From an uncultured bacterium (GTDB lineage Bacteria > Krumholzibacteriota > Krumholzibacteriia > JACNKJ01): a stretch of 64,000 nt of DNA. A model generated the notes under the pieces. The model saw only the letters and a list, made by a program, of their open reading frames with translations. It did no database searches and was not told the DNA's origin. The position numbers and the translations under genes are program-made. The stretch lies in contig CAVOFT010000001.1 in assembly GCA_963695095.1 (NCBI GenBank), forward strand, positions 608,001 through 672,000, written 5' to 3'. This document shows positions 21,605-31,491 of this stretch, piece by piece. Positions within the stretch are counted from its first letter, which is position 1; each line of letters starts with the position of its first letter.

Positions 21605-22278
21605 TCACCGACATCAACAGCGATCTCAGCGTTGGCCGCATCGCCACCGAGCATCCCCTCGCGACGCGCGTCTTCGCGCGCCACGACATCGACTTCTGCT
21701 GCGGAGGCGGCGCCTCCCTGCAGGAGGCCTGCGCCAAGCGCGGCCTCGAAGCCGACGCGGTGCTCGCGGAGATCGAGAAGGAACTCGCCGCGACGGAGAC
21801 ATCGGCGCGCCGCTGGGACGATGCGCCCCTCGACGCGCTCATCGACCACATCCTGGCGACCTATCACGCGTCGCTCCGCGAGGAGATGCCCCGCCTCGAC
21901 GGCATGGCCCGCAAGGTACTGGAAGTCCATGGCGAGAAAATGCCCGCGAAGTTGAGCGAACTGGCGGCGGTGTTCGCCGGCCTGAAGCAGGAGCTGGAGA
22001 TGCACATGCTCAAGGAGGAGCAGATCCTCTTCCCGGCCATCAAGCAGGGCCATGGCGCCGCGGTCGGCGGCCCGATTGCCGTGATGGAGGCGGAGCACGA
22101 GAGTGCGGGGGCGGCGCTGCGCCGGCTGCGCGAGCTCACGGACGGCTACCAGGTGCCGGCGGAGGCCTGCAACACCTGGACCGCACTCTGGCACGGCCTT
22201 GCCGCCTTCGAGCGGGACCTGCACGAGCACATCCACCTCGAGAACAACATCCTGTTTCCCCGGGCGCTGGCCGGCTAG
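21601..22278 (+). CDS. ric: iron-sulfur cluster repair di-iron protein (Ric/ScdA/YtfE)
   Basis: Purine-rich GGAGAGAAGGA directly before the ATG; IDFCCGG, HMLKEEQILFP, MEAEH, ACNTW, HIHLENNILFP. Confidence 0.93.
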   Translation: MITDINSDLSVGRIATEHPLATRVFARHDIDFCCGGGASLQEACAKRGLEADAVLAEIEKELAATETSARRWDDAPLDALIDHILATYHASLREEMPRLDGMARKVLEVHGEKMPAKLSELAAVFAGLKQELEMHMLKEEQILFPAIKQGHGAAVGGPIAVMEAEHESAGAALRRLRELTDGYQVPAEACNTWTALWHGLAAFERDLHEHIHLENNILFPRALAG

Positions 22279-22326
22279 CGCCCGACGGCGAGGGGCGGGC
22301 GCTGCCGCGCCCGCCATCGAAAGGAG

Positions 22327-23277
22327 ATGGCCTCGATGACTGCACCGAACGCCAGAAACCTGAAGGTTCGCGCCGTGCGGATCTGCTCTCCTCGCCGATC
22401 CCCCCGCGGCCCGGCGCTCGCTCTCGCCTGTGCCCTCGCACTGCTTGCCGGGCAGGCCATGGCCCAGGTCTCCGACCGGGACTACTTCCGCACCAACTGC
22501 GCCGTCTGCCACACCATCGGCGGCGGCCGGCTGATCGGTCCGGACCTGGCCGGCGTCGAGACGCGACAGGAGCGCGCGTGGCTGGTCGAGTTCATCGTCG
22601 ACCCGCAGTCGAAGCTCGGCACCGGCGACCCCTATGCCCTCAAGCTGCTCGCGGAGGCGAACAACGTGCCCATGGTGGCGGCGCCCGGCATCACCGCCGA
22701 GCGGGCTCGCGCGTTGCTGGATCTCGTCGCCCTCGAGGTCAGCTCCGGCGGCACGGACTTCGCCGGTCCCAAGCAGCTCCGCGAGGCGACCGCGGCCGAC
22801 CTCGCCCTCGGCGAGCAGCTCTTCAGCGGCCGGAGCCGGCTCGCCGCCGGCGGGCCGGCCTGCATTGGCTGCCACACGGTCACCGGCCTCGGCGGCTTGG
22901 GCGGGGGCCGGCTGGGACCGGATCTCACCCAGGTGAACGATCGCCTGGGCGGCGCTGCGGGTCTGACGGCCTGGCTGCAGGCCCCGCCGACGGCCCAGAT
23001 GCAGGCGACCTTCGGCAATCGCCCCTTCAGCGAGGACGAGGTGATCGCGCTCGCCGCCTACCTCACGGGCGTTGCGGGGCGCCCCGAGAGCTCGATCCTG
23101 GCGGGGATGAACGCCAGCGCTTTCCTCTTCATGGGCGCCCTGGGGGCGTTGGCAATCCTGGTCATCTTTGGTGGAGCCTGGTCCGGGCGCCTGCGCGGCG
23201 TCAGGCACGGGCTGGTGCGGCGGGCGCGCAAGAACCCAAAGCGAGTCGGACTGAACGCTGGAGGGCAGCATGGCTAG
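22327..23277 (+). CDS. narC: membrane-anchored di-heme cytochrome c (NarC-like)
   Basis: Signal peptide; CAVCH..GPDL and CIGCH..GPDL; C-terminal TM helix; directly upstream of narG. Confidence 0.8.
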   Translation: MASMTAPNARNLKVRAVRICSPRRSPRGPALALACALALLAGQAMAQVSDRDYFRTNCAVCHTIGGGRLIGPDLAGVETRQERAWLVEFIVDPQSKLGTGDPYALKLLAEANNVPMVAAPGITAERARALLDLVALEVSSGGTDFAGPKQLREATAADLALGEQLFSGRSRLAAGGPACIGCHTVTGLGGLGGGRLGPDLTQVNDRLGGAAGLTAWLQAPPTAQMQATFGNRPFSEDEVIALAAYLTGVAGRPESSILAGMNASAFLFMGALGALAILVIFGGAWSGRLRGVRHGLVRRARKNPKRVGLNAGGQHG

Positions 23278-26200
23278 CGGCGACGGACGCATTCCCTGGA
23301 TCAAGGACAAGGTTTCGCCGGAATCCCGCGGCTGGGAGGAGTTCTACCGGAACCGCTGGCAGCACGACAAGGTCGTGCGCAGCACCCACGGCGTGAACTG
23401 CACGGGCAGCTGCACCTGGAACATCCACGTCAAGGACGGGATCGTCACCTGGGAGATGCAGGGTCTGGACTACCCCCTGCTCGAGAAGAGCCTGCCGCCC
23501 TACGAGCCGCGCGGCTGCCAGCGCGGCATCTCCTACTCCTGGTACCTCTACAGCCCGCTGCGCGTGAAGTACCCCTACATCCGCGGCGCCCTGCTCGACC
23601 GGTGGAAGATCGCGCGCATGACGCACGCCGATCCGGTGGCGGCCTGGGCCTCGCTCGTCGAGGACGACGTCGCCCGCCAGGCCTGGCAGCGCGCGCGAGG
23701 CAAGGGGGGACTGCGGCGCACGGACTGGGATACGGTCCTGGACATCATGGCCGCGGCGAACCTCTACACCGCCAAGAAGCACGGCCCGGATCGCATCACC
23801 GGCTTCTCGCCGATTCCAGCCATGTCGATGATCAGCTACGCGGCGGGAGCGCGGATGCTGCAGCTGATGGGCGGCGTGGCCCTTTCCTTCTACGACTGGT
23901 ACTGCGACCTGCCCAACGCCTCGCCGGAGGCCTGGGGCGAGCAGACCGACGTGCAGGAGTCCGCCGACTGGTACAACGCGAAGCTGCTGGCGGTCATGGG
24001 CTCGAACCTGAACATGACGCGCACGCCGGACTGCCACTTTGCGGCCGAGGCCCGCCACAACGGCACGAAGATGTACGTCTTCGCGCCGGACTTCAACCAG
24101 GTGGCCAAGTACGCCGACCAGTGGGTGCCCGTGAACGCGGGTCAGGACGGCGCCTGGTGGATGGCCGTCAATCACGTGCTCCTCAAGGAATTCCATCACG
24201 AAGCCAAGGTGCCCTACTTCCTCGACTACACCAGGCGCTACACGGACGCGCCGCTCCTCGTCGAACTCGAGCAGGGCAAGGGGGGGCTGCGGCCAGGCCA
24301 GCTCCTGCGGGCGAACCGCATCGCGGCCTACGCCGGCACCGAGCACGGTGACTGGAAGTTCCTTCTCTGGGACGCGAAGACGAACGGCCCCAAGATGCCC
24401 GGAGGCTCCGCCGGCTTCCGCTGGGCGGAAAAGGAGAAGGGCCACTGGAACCTGCTCGCCAAGGATCCCAGTGACGGCGCCCAGTTCGATCCCGTCCTCA
24501 GCTTCATGGACGCGAACGACGGCGTCGAGCAGATCCTGCTGGACGACTTCGGCGAGGGCCGGGCCCTAGCGCGGGGCGTGCCGGTGAAGAGGATCGCGAC
24601 CGCCGACGGCAAGACCGTCATCGTGGCGACGATCTACGATGTCCTGATGGCCCAGTACGGCGTGCCGCGCGGGCTGGCCGGCGACTACCCGCAGAGCTAC
24701 GACGACGAGGACGCGCCCTACACGCCCGCCTGGGCCGAGAAGTACACCGGCATCGGCCGCGAGGACCTGCTTCAGTTCGCCAGGGAGTGGGGCGTCACGG
24801 CCGAGAAGACGAACGGCAAGTGCACGATCATCATCGGCGCCGGCATCAACCACTGGTACCACGCCAACCTGATGTACCGCGCCGGCATTCACGCGCTGAT
24901 GTTCTGCGGCTGCGTCGGCGTCAACGGCGGCGGACTCGCCCACTACGTCGGCCAGGAGAAGCTGGCCCCCGGCGAGCCCTGGGGCGCCATCGCCTTCGCG
25001 AAGGACTGGTACGGCCCCTCGCGCCTGCAGAACGCGCCGTCCTGGCACTACGTCCACACCGATCAGTGGCGCTACGAGACGCGCGTTCACGGACTACCAC
25101 ACCGTGCCGCCCGGGCAGGAGCCCGGCTCGCTGGCCCAGGGGCACGCGATGGATACCCAGGTGAGGGCGGTGCGCAACGGCTGGCTGCCCTTCTACCCCC
25201 AGTTCGCCAAGAACAGCCTCGATCTGGCCACGGAGGCGCAGGCTGCCGGCGCGAAGACCGACGCCGAGATCGCCGACTACGTGGCGAAGCAGCTGAAGGA
25301 GGACCGGCTGGATTTCTCCGTGGCGGATCCCGACGCGCCGGCGAACTGGCCGCGGGTCTGGTACATCTGGCGGGGCAACGCGCTGATGTCCTCGAGCAAG
25401 GGCCACGAGTACTTCCTCAAGCACTACCTGGGGACGCACACGAACGCCATTGCCGACGACGACTACGCCAAGGGCGCCGTGCACGAGGTGAAGTGGCACG
25501 AGCACGCCCCGCTGGGAAAGATGGACCTGGTCGTGGACCTCAACTTCCGCATGGACACCTCCGCGCTCTACTCGGACATCATCCTGCCGGCGGCCACCTG
25601 GTACGAGAAGGCCGACCTGAACTCCACGGACATGCACAGCTTCATCCATCCCCTGTCGGCGGCCGTGCCGCCCTGCTGGGAATCGAAGAGCGACTGGCAG
25701 ATCTTCCGGGCAATCGCCAAGCGCTTCTCCGAGCTGGCGCCCGCGCACTTCCCGGACAAGGTGAAGGATGTGGTCGTCGTGCCGCTGGCGCACGACAGCC
25801 CGGCGGAGATCGCCCAGACGAAGATCGCGGACTGGAAGAAGGGCGAGGTGGAGGCCATCCCCGGCAAGACGATGCCGGGCATCAAAGTGGTCGAGCGCGA
25901 CTACCGCAACCTGCACAACCAGTACATCTCCTTCGGCCCGCTCGCGCGTGCGAACGGGCTGGGCGCCCACGGCACGCACTACGGGATCGAGGATTTCTAC
26001 GACGAGTTGAATGCGTCCCCGGTGACGGAGACCTGGGCGGGCGCGAAGTACCCGTCCTTGAAGCGGGATGAGGACGTGTGCAACACGATCCTGCAGCTCG
26101 CCACCGTGACCAACGGCGAGCTCGCCTACCGCAGCTACCAGGACATGGAGAAGCGGACGGGTCTGCCGCTGGCCCACCTGGCGGAGAAGAACCGCGGCCT

Positions 26201-26975
26201 GCGCACGGACTACGCCGGCCTGCAGGCCCAGCCGCGCCGCTTCGTGAACAGCCCGATGTGGTCGGGCCTGATCGAGGACGGCAGGGCCTACTCGCCCTTC
26301 ACCTACAACAAGGAAGCGCTGGTGCCCTGGCGGACGCTGACCGGGCGCCAGCACTTCTACCTCGACCACCCGGGCTACATCCAGTTCGGGGAACACCTGC
26401 CCACGTACAAGCCGAAGCCGCTGCCGACGCAGTACGCGGATCTCAGGGTGACCGACGCCGAGGCGCGCTTCGAGAAGGGCGTCCCCCTCACCGTGGGCTC
26501 GCCCCAGGGCGACAGCCCCTCGCTGATGCTCAACTACCTCACGCCCCATGGCAAGTGGCACATCCACTCCACCTACGGGGACAACCAGCGCATGACGACG
26601 CTGTCGCGCGGCATCGAGCCCTTCTGGATCAACCACAAGGACGCGGAATCGATCGGCATCGAGGACAACGACTGGGTGGAGGTCCACAACGATCATGGCG
26701 TCGTGGTGACGCGCGCAGCGGTGAGTGCCCGGATTCCGCGAGGGGTATGCATCATCTACCACTCGCCCGAGCGTACCTACTCGGTGCCGAAGTCACCGCT
26801 CCGGGGCCAGCGCCGAGCCGGCGGCCACAACAGCCTCACGCGCACGCGGCTCAAGCCGAATCTCATGGTGGGAGGGTACGGGCAGTTCACCTTTCACTTC
26901 AACTACTGGGGCCCGGTGGGCTGCAATCGCGACACGCACATCATCGTGCGCAAGCTGCCCGCCCTCCACTGGTAG
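23270..26975 (+). CDS. narG: respiratory nitrate reductase alpha subunit (frameshift near 25085)
   Basis: [47 protein letters not shown]; continues in the 25104 frame with [35 protein letters not shown]; no Tat signal. Confidence 0.95.
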
Positions 26976-26989
26976 CCGAGGAGATCAGC

Positions 26990-28480
26990 ATGGAAGTCAG
27001 ATCGCAGATCTCGATGGTCTTCCACCTCGACAAGTGCATCGGCTGCCACACTTGCAGCATCGCCTGCAAGAACGTGTGGACCGACCGCAAGGGCACGGAA
27101 TACATGTGGTGGAACAACGTGGAGACGAAACCAGGAACAGGCTATCCGACGAAGTGGGAGGATCAGGGCATCTACAACGGCGGCTGGAAGGTGGATGCGA
27201 ACCGCCTGCGCCTGCGCTCGACCGACAAGGGCCGCGCCTTCACCAATATCTTCCACCACCCGAGCCAACCCATTCTCGACGACTACTACCACCCCTGGAC
27301 CTACAAGTACGAGGAGCTGTTCAACGCCCCCGAGGGCGACGATCAGCCGACGGCGCGGCCGATCTCGATGATCACGGGCGAGCCGATCGACGTCGAGGCC
27401 GGCCCGAACTGGGACGACGATCTCGGCGGCTCCCAGATCTACGCGGCCAACGACCCGAATCTCTCCTCGCTCACCGAGGAGCAGAAGGAGCAGCTCCAGG
27501 CCATCGAGCGCCTCGTGTTCTTCTACTTCCCGCGCATCTGCAACCACTGCCTGAACCCCGCCTGCGTGGCCGCCTGCCCCTCCGGCGCGCTCTACAAGCG
27601 CGGGGAGGACGGCATCGTCCTCATCGATCAGAAGGTCTGCCGCGGCTGGCGCAATTGCGTGGCCGCCTGCCCGTACAAGAAGAGCTACTACAACTGGAAC
27701 ACGGGCAAATCCGAGAAATGCATCCTCTGCTTCCCGCGCGTGGAGACCGGGCAGGCCCCGGCCTGCTTCCACTCCTGCGTCGGACGCATCCGCTACCTGG
27801 GCGTGCTCCTCTACGACGCGGCGCGGATCGAGGAGTTCGCGAAGACGCCGGACGAGGGCTTGATCGAGGCGCAACGCGACCTGATCCTCGATCCCCACGA
27901 TCCGGAGGTCATCGCGGAGGCGAGGCGGGCCGGCATCTCCGACAGCGTCGTCGAGTCGGCGCAGAACTCGCCGGTCTACAAGTTCGTCAAGGAGTGGAAG
28001 ATCGCGTTGCCGCCGCACATCGAGTACCGCACGATGCCGATGCTCTTCTACGTGCCGCCACTATCGCCCGTCATGCACAGCCAGCGGGAAAAGACGGTGT
28101 CGCGCGTCTCGGAGCAGTTCTTCCATGAGATCGACGACGCCCGCGTGCCCATTCAGTTCCTTGGCAACCTCTTCGGGGCGGGGCAGACCGAGCACGTCCG
28201 CTACGCGCTGAAGAAGCAGATGGCCGTGCGCCTGATGCGCAGGGAACTCACGGTCGGCGACCTCGACTCGAACGACGCGCTGCGCGCCTTGCAGGAGGCT
28301 GACTCGACGCCCGAGGAGGCGGAAGCGATCTACCGGCTCACCTCGCTCTGCACCTTCGCGGATCGCTTCGTCATCCCGCCGGCGCATCGCGAGGAGGCCA
28401 TCGAGATGATGAAGGATCCCATGACCCACAAGCAGCAGGTCGGCTTCGGCTTCGTCGACGGCCCGGAGCGCGGCAAGTGA
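26990..28480 (+). CDS. narH: respiratory nitrate reductase beta subunit
   Basis: MVFHLDKCIGCHTCSIACK, WWNNVETKPG, PRICNHCLNPACVAACP, CRGWRNCVAACPYKK, KCILCFPR. Confidence 0.97.
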   Translation: MEVRSQISMVFHLDKCIGCHTCSIACKNVWTDRKGTEYMWWNNVETKPGTGYPTKWEDQGIYNGGWKVDANRLRLRSTDKGRAFTNIFHHPSQPILDDYYHPWTYKYEELFNAPEGDDQPTARPISMITGEPIDVEAGPNWDDDLGGSQIYAANDPNLSSLTEEQKEQLQAIERLVFFYFPRICNHCLNPACVAACPSGALYKRGEDGIVLIDQKVCRGWRNCVAACPYKKSYYNWNTGKSEKCILCFPRVETGQAPACFHSCVGRIRYLGVLLYDAARIEEFAKTPDEGLIEAQRDLILDPHDPEVIAEARRAGISDSVVESAQNSPVYKFVKEWKIALPPHIEYRTMPMLFYVPPLSPVMHSQREKTVSRVSEQFFHEIDDARVPIQFLGNLFGAGQTEHVRYALKKQMAVRLMRRELTVGDLDSNDALRALQEADSTPEEAEAIYRLTSLCTFADRFVIPPAHREEAIEMMKDPMTHKQQVGFGFVDGPERGK

Positions 28481-29095
28481 GTGGCCCGACGCCGAGGGCC
28501 TGGGACCTGCTTGCGGGGCTCCTCGCCTACCCCAAAGCCGGCTACGCCGGCAGGGTCGCGGCTTCGCTGCCGCCCCTCGTCGAGTGGTGCCCGCGCGCCG
28601 AGCCGGCGCTGCGGGCCTTCGCTGCGTTCGTCGCCTCGCATGCGGAGACGGACCTCGAGGAGCGCTACACGCGGACCTTCGACGTGAACCCCACCTGCGC
28701 GCTCGAGATCGGCTGGCATCTCTTCGGGGAGCAGTACGAGCGGGGCGCCTTCATGGTGGACATGCGTGTGCAGCTCAGGCGCCATGGGATTCCCGAGAGC
28801 ACGGAGCTGCCCGATCATCTCGTCCACGCGCTGCCGCTGGCGGGGCGACTGGCGGCAGATGAAGCCGCCGCCTTCGCCACCGACGGGCTGCTGCCCGCCC
28901 TGGCCAAGATGCGCGCGCCCTTTGCCGACGGGGAGAACCCCTACGGACGCCTGCTCGAGGCGATCGAAACCGCCGTCGTCGTCAAGCTGGCGCCGCAGGA
29001 GGCACGGCGTCGCGCATGCAGCCGATGCGACGGCTGCGGGCGGCGACAACGGCTCGCGCCCCCGCACCGCCGAACCCCAGGAGGAGGATCCTTGA
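28477..29095 (+). CDS. narJ: nitrate reductase molybdenum cofactor assembly chaperone (3' frameshift likely)
   Basis: LLAYP, EERYTRTFD, GEQYERG, ELPDHL, NPY; the shifted frame ends at TGA 29093-29095 overlapping the narI ATG. Confidence 0.88.
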
Positions 29096-29820
29096 TGGCA
29101 AGCCCCACCGTCTTCTTTGCCGCGGCGTTTCCCCAGCTCGACCTCTTTCTCCTCGCCGTCTTGCCCTACCTGGCCATTGCGCTCTTCCTCGTGGTCAGCA
29201 TCGCGCGGTATCGCGGCAGGCCCTTCACCTATTCCAGCCTGTCGTCGCAATTCCTCGAGAACCGCAAGCACTTCTGGGGCCTCGTCCCCTTCCACTACGG
29301 TCTGCTCATCGTCCTCACGGGCCACCTCGTGGCGTTTCTCGTGCCGTCGGCCATCATCGCCTGGAACGGCGATCCGCTGCGCCTGCTCATTCTCGAAGTC
29401 TCCGCGCTGGCCTGCGGGCTTCTGACGCTGGTTGGCCTCGTGCTCAGCATCTGGCGCCGCTTCTCTGGCAAGAGCCTGCGCGTCGTGAGCAGCCCCCTGG
29501 ACTGGGTACTGCTCGCGATTCTCCTCTTCCAGATCACGGGCGGCGTCGATCTCGCGCTCCGTCACGGCTGGGGCTCTTCCTGGTTTGCCGGAGTGGTGAC
29601 GCCCTACCTCTGGTCGCTCTTCCGGCTGAACCCGGACATTGCGCTCGTCAGCGCGATGCCGCTCATGGTGAAGCTGCACTTCACTTCAGCCTGGCTCCTG
29701 ATTGCCGTGTTCCCGTTCACGCGTCTGGTGCATGCGCTCGTGATGCCGCTGATGTATCTCACGCGGCGCACCCAGGTCGTCCGCTGGTACCGCCAGCCCA
29801 CGCGGCGGCACAGCGCCTAG
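29095..29820 (+). CDS. narI: respiratory nitrate reductase gamma subunit (cytochrome b)
   Basis: GGAGGAGG RBS; YSSLSSQFLE, FHYG, GH, KLH, FPFTRLVH. Confidence 0.95.
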   Translation: MASPTVFFAAAFPQLDLFLLAVLPYLAIALFLVVSIARYRGRPFTYSSLSSQFLENRKHFWGLVPFHYGLLIVLTGHLVAFLVPSAIIAWNGDPLRLLILEVSALACGLLTLVGLVLSIWRRFSGKSLRVVSSPLDWVLLAILLFQITGGVDLALRHGWGSSWFAGVVTPYLWSLFRLNPDIALVSAMPLMVKLHFTSAWLLIAVFPFTRLVHALVMPLMYLTRRTQVVRWYRQPTRRHSA

Positions 29821-29838
29821 AGTCGGGGAGGATTCGCC

Positions 29839-31461
29839 ATGAGCAGGATCGAGCGCTGGGACGTCGAGGATGCGGGCTTCTGGGAGTCGACGGGCAAGCG
29901 CATCGCCCACCGCAACCTCTGGGTATCGATCCCGAACCTGCTGCTCGGCTTCGCGGTCTGGCTCTACTGGGGCATGGTCGCGAAGTTCATCCAGAAGATC
30001 CACTTCGCCAACCCCGAGCTGTTCAACTTCTCCTTCATGAACGGGGGCGAGCCCCACAGCGGGGACGCCTACCGCGCACTGCTCTTCACGCTGCCCGCCG
30101 TCGCCGGCCTGGCCGGCGCCACGCTGCGCATCCCCAATTCCTTCATGATCGCCATCTGCGGCGGCAGGAACGTCAAGTTCATGACCTCCGTCCTCCTGCT
30201 GCTGCCGGCCCTCGGCGCGGGGATCGGCCTCCAGCATGCGGATACGCCCTTCGGCGTGTTCATCCTGCTGGCGGCGATGTCCGGCGTGGGCGGCGGCGCT
30301 TTCGCCTCCTCGATGTCCAATATCAGCTTCTTCTTCCCGAAGCGCATGCAGGGCCTGTCCCTCGGCCTGAATGCGGGGCTCGGCAACCTCGGCGTCAGCC
30401 TCATGCAGTTCTTGCTGCCCTGGATCATCACCTTCGGGGCCTTCGGCGCCCTCGGCGGCGAGCCCACCCTCGTCGGCGGCAAGGAACTGTGGGTCCAGAA
30501 CGCCGGCCTCGTCTGGGTGCCCATCCTGGCCTTCTTCGCCATCCTCGCCTTCCTGCTGATGAACAACCTGCCGCAGCACCGCTGCGGCCCGACGGCCGTC
30601 GCCATCGGCAAGTACCTCTGGCTCACATGTCTCGGCTTCATCGGAGCCGGCGTCGGCATCGCGCTCCTGATCCTGCCCTGGGGCGGATTTCCCGCCCTGC
30701 TCAAGACCTTCATCGTGCTCGTCGTCGCCGTGGCCACCACGCTCCTCGCCATGCGTACGCTGACCTCGAAGGAGACGAAGGCGAACCTCATCGGCCAGTT
30801 CCGGATCTTCGACAACAAGCACAACTGGATCATGACCTGGCTCTACACGATGACCTTCGGCTCCTTCATCGGCTATGCCAACGCCTTCCCCAAGCTGATC
30901 GACGACGTGTTCGGCGTCATCCGCGTCGGACCGGACGGCGCATTGCTGGCCGAGGGCATCGTGAATCCGAACGCGCCGCTCTCCGCGAAGTTCATCTGGA
31001 TCGGCGCCGGCGTCGGCGCCCTCATCCGCCCCCTGGGCGGCTGGCTGTCGGACAAGCTGGGCGGCGCCAGGGTCACGCACTGGACCACGATCGTCATGAT
31101 CTTCGCAACGATCGGCGCTGGGTACTTCGTCGCCCAGGCCAATCGTTCGCCGCATCCCGAGCAGTACTTCCTGCCCTTCCTGCTGCTGTTCATCCTGCTG
31201 TTCGCCACGACGGGCATCGGCAACGGATCCACCTTCCGCATGATCCCGATCATCTTCTCGAAGGAGCAGGCCGGACCCGTGCTCGGCTGGACCAGCGCGA
31301 TCGCGGCCTACGGCGCCTTCCTGATTCCGATGATCTTCGCCATGCAGATCGAGGCGGGAACGACGCAGTACGCGCTCTATGGCTTCGCGGCCTATTACCT
31401 GAGCTGCCTGGTCGTGAACTGGTGGTTCTACGCGCGCAAGAACGCCGAAATCGCCTGCTAG
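29839..31461 (+). CDS. narK: NarK-family nitrate/nitrite MFS transporter
   Basis: WDVEDAGFW...IAHRNLWVSIP, GGGAFASSMSNISFFFPK, GLGNLGVS, TFGSFIG, GIGNGSTF. Confidence 0.93.
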   Translation: MSRIERWDVEDAGFWESTGKRIAHRNLWVSIPNLLLGFAVWLYWGMVAKFIQKIHFANPELFNFSFMNGGEPHSGDAYRALLFTLPAVAGLAGATLRIPNSFMIAICGGRNVKFMTSVLLLLPALGAGIGLQHADTPFGVFILLAAMSGVGGGAFASSMSNISFFFPKRMQGLSLGLNAGLGNLGVSLMQFLLPWIITFGAFGALGGEPTLVGGKELWVQNAGLVWVPILAFFAILAFLLMNNLPQHRCGPTAVAIGKYLWLTCLGFIGAGVGIALLILPWGGFPALLKTFIVLVVAVATTLLAMRTLTSKETKANLIGQFRIFDNKHNWIMTWLYTMTFGSFIGYANAFPKLIDDVFGVIRVGPDGALLAEGIVNPNAPLSAKFIWIGAGVGALIRPLGGWLSDKLGGARVTHWTTIVMIFATIGAGYFVAQANRSPHPEQYFLPFLLLFILLFATTGIGNGSTFRMIPIIFSKEQAGPVLGWTSAIAAYGAFLIPMIFAMQIEAGTTQYALYGFAAYYLSCLVVNWWFYARKNAEIAC

Positions 31462-31491
31462 CTGCGCAGCGCGGGGAGGGGAACCCGGGCC

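Noticed and set aside
23270..26975. narG as a pseudogene, split gene or programmed frameshift
   Set aside because: A single indel near 25085 with no slippery heptamer seen; both halves are fully conserved; fits the window-wide error pattern
28477..29820. Apparent NarJ-NarI fusion ORF (447 aa)
   Set aside because: A strong RBS and TGATG stop/start overlap sit at 29093-29097, the alternative frame gives a natural NarJ tail, and the linker is Arg-rich off-frame text; most likely a single indel
23270..29820. Nitrite oxidoreductase (Nxr) or periplasmic Nar/perchlorate reductase
   Set aside because: No Tat leader, and narJ, narI and two narK are present; cytoplasm-facing Nar is the simplest reading, though phylogeny would be needed to exclude Nxr fully
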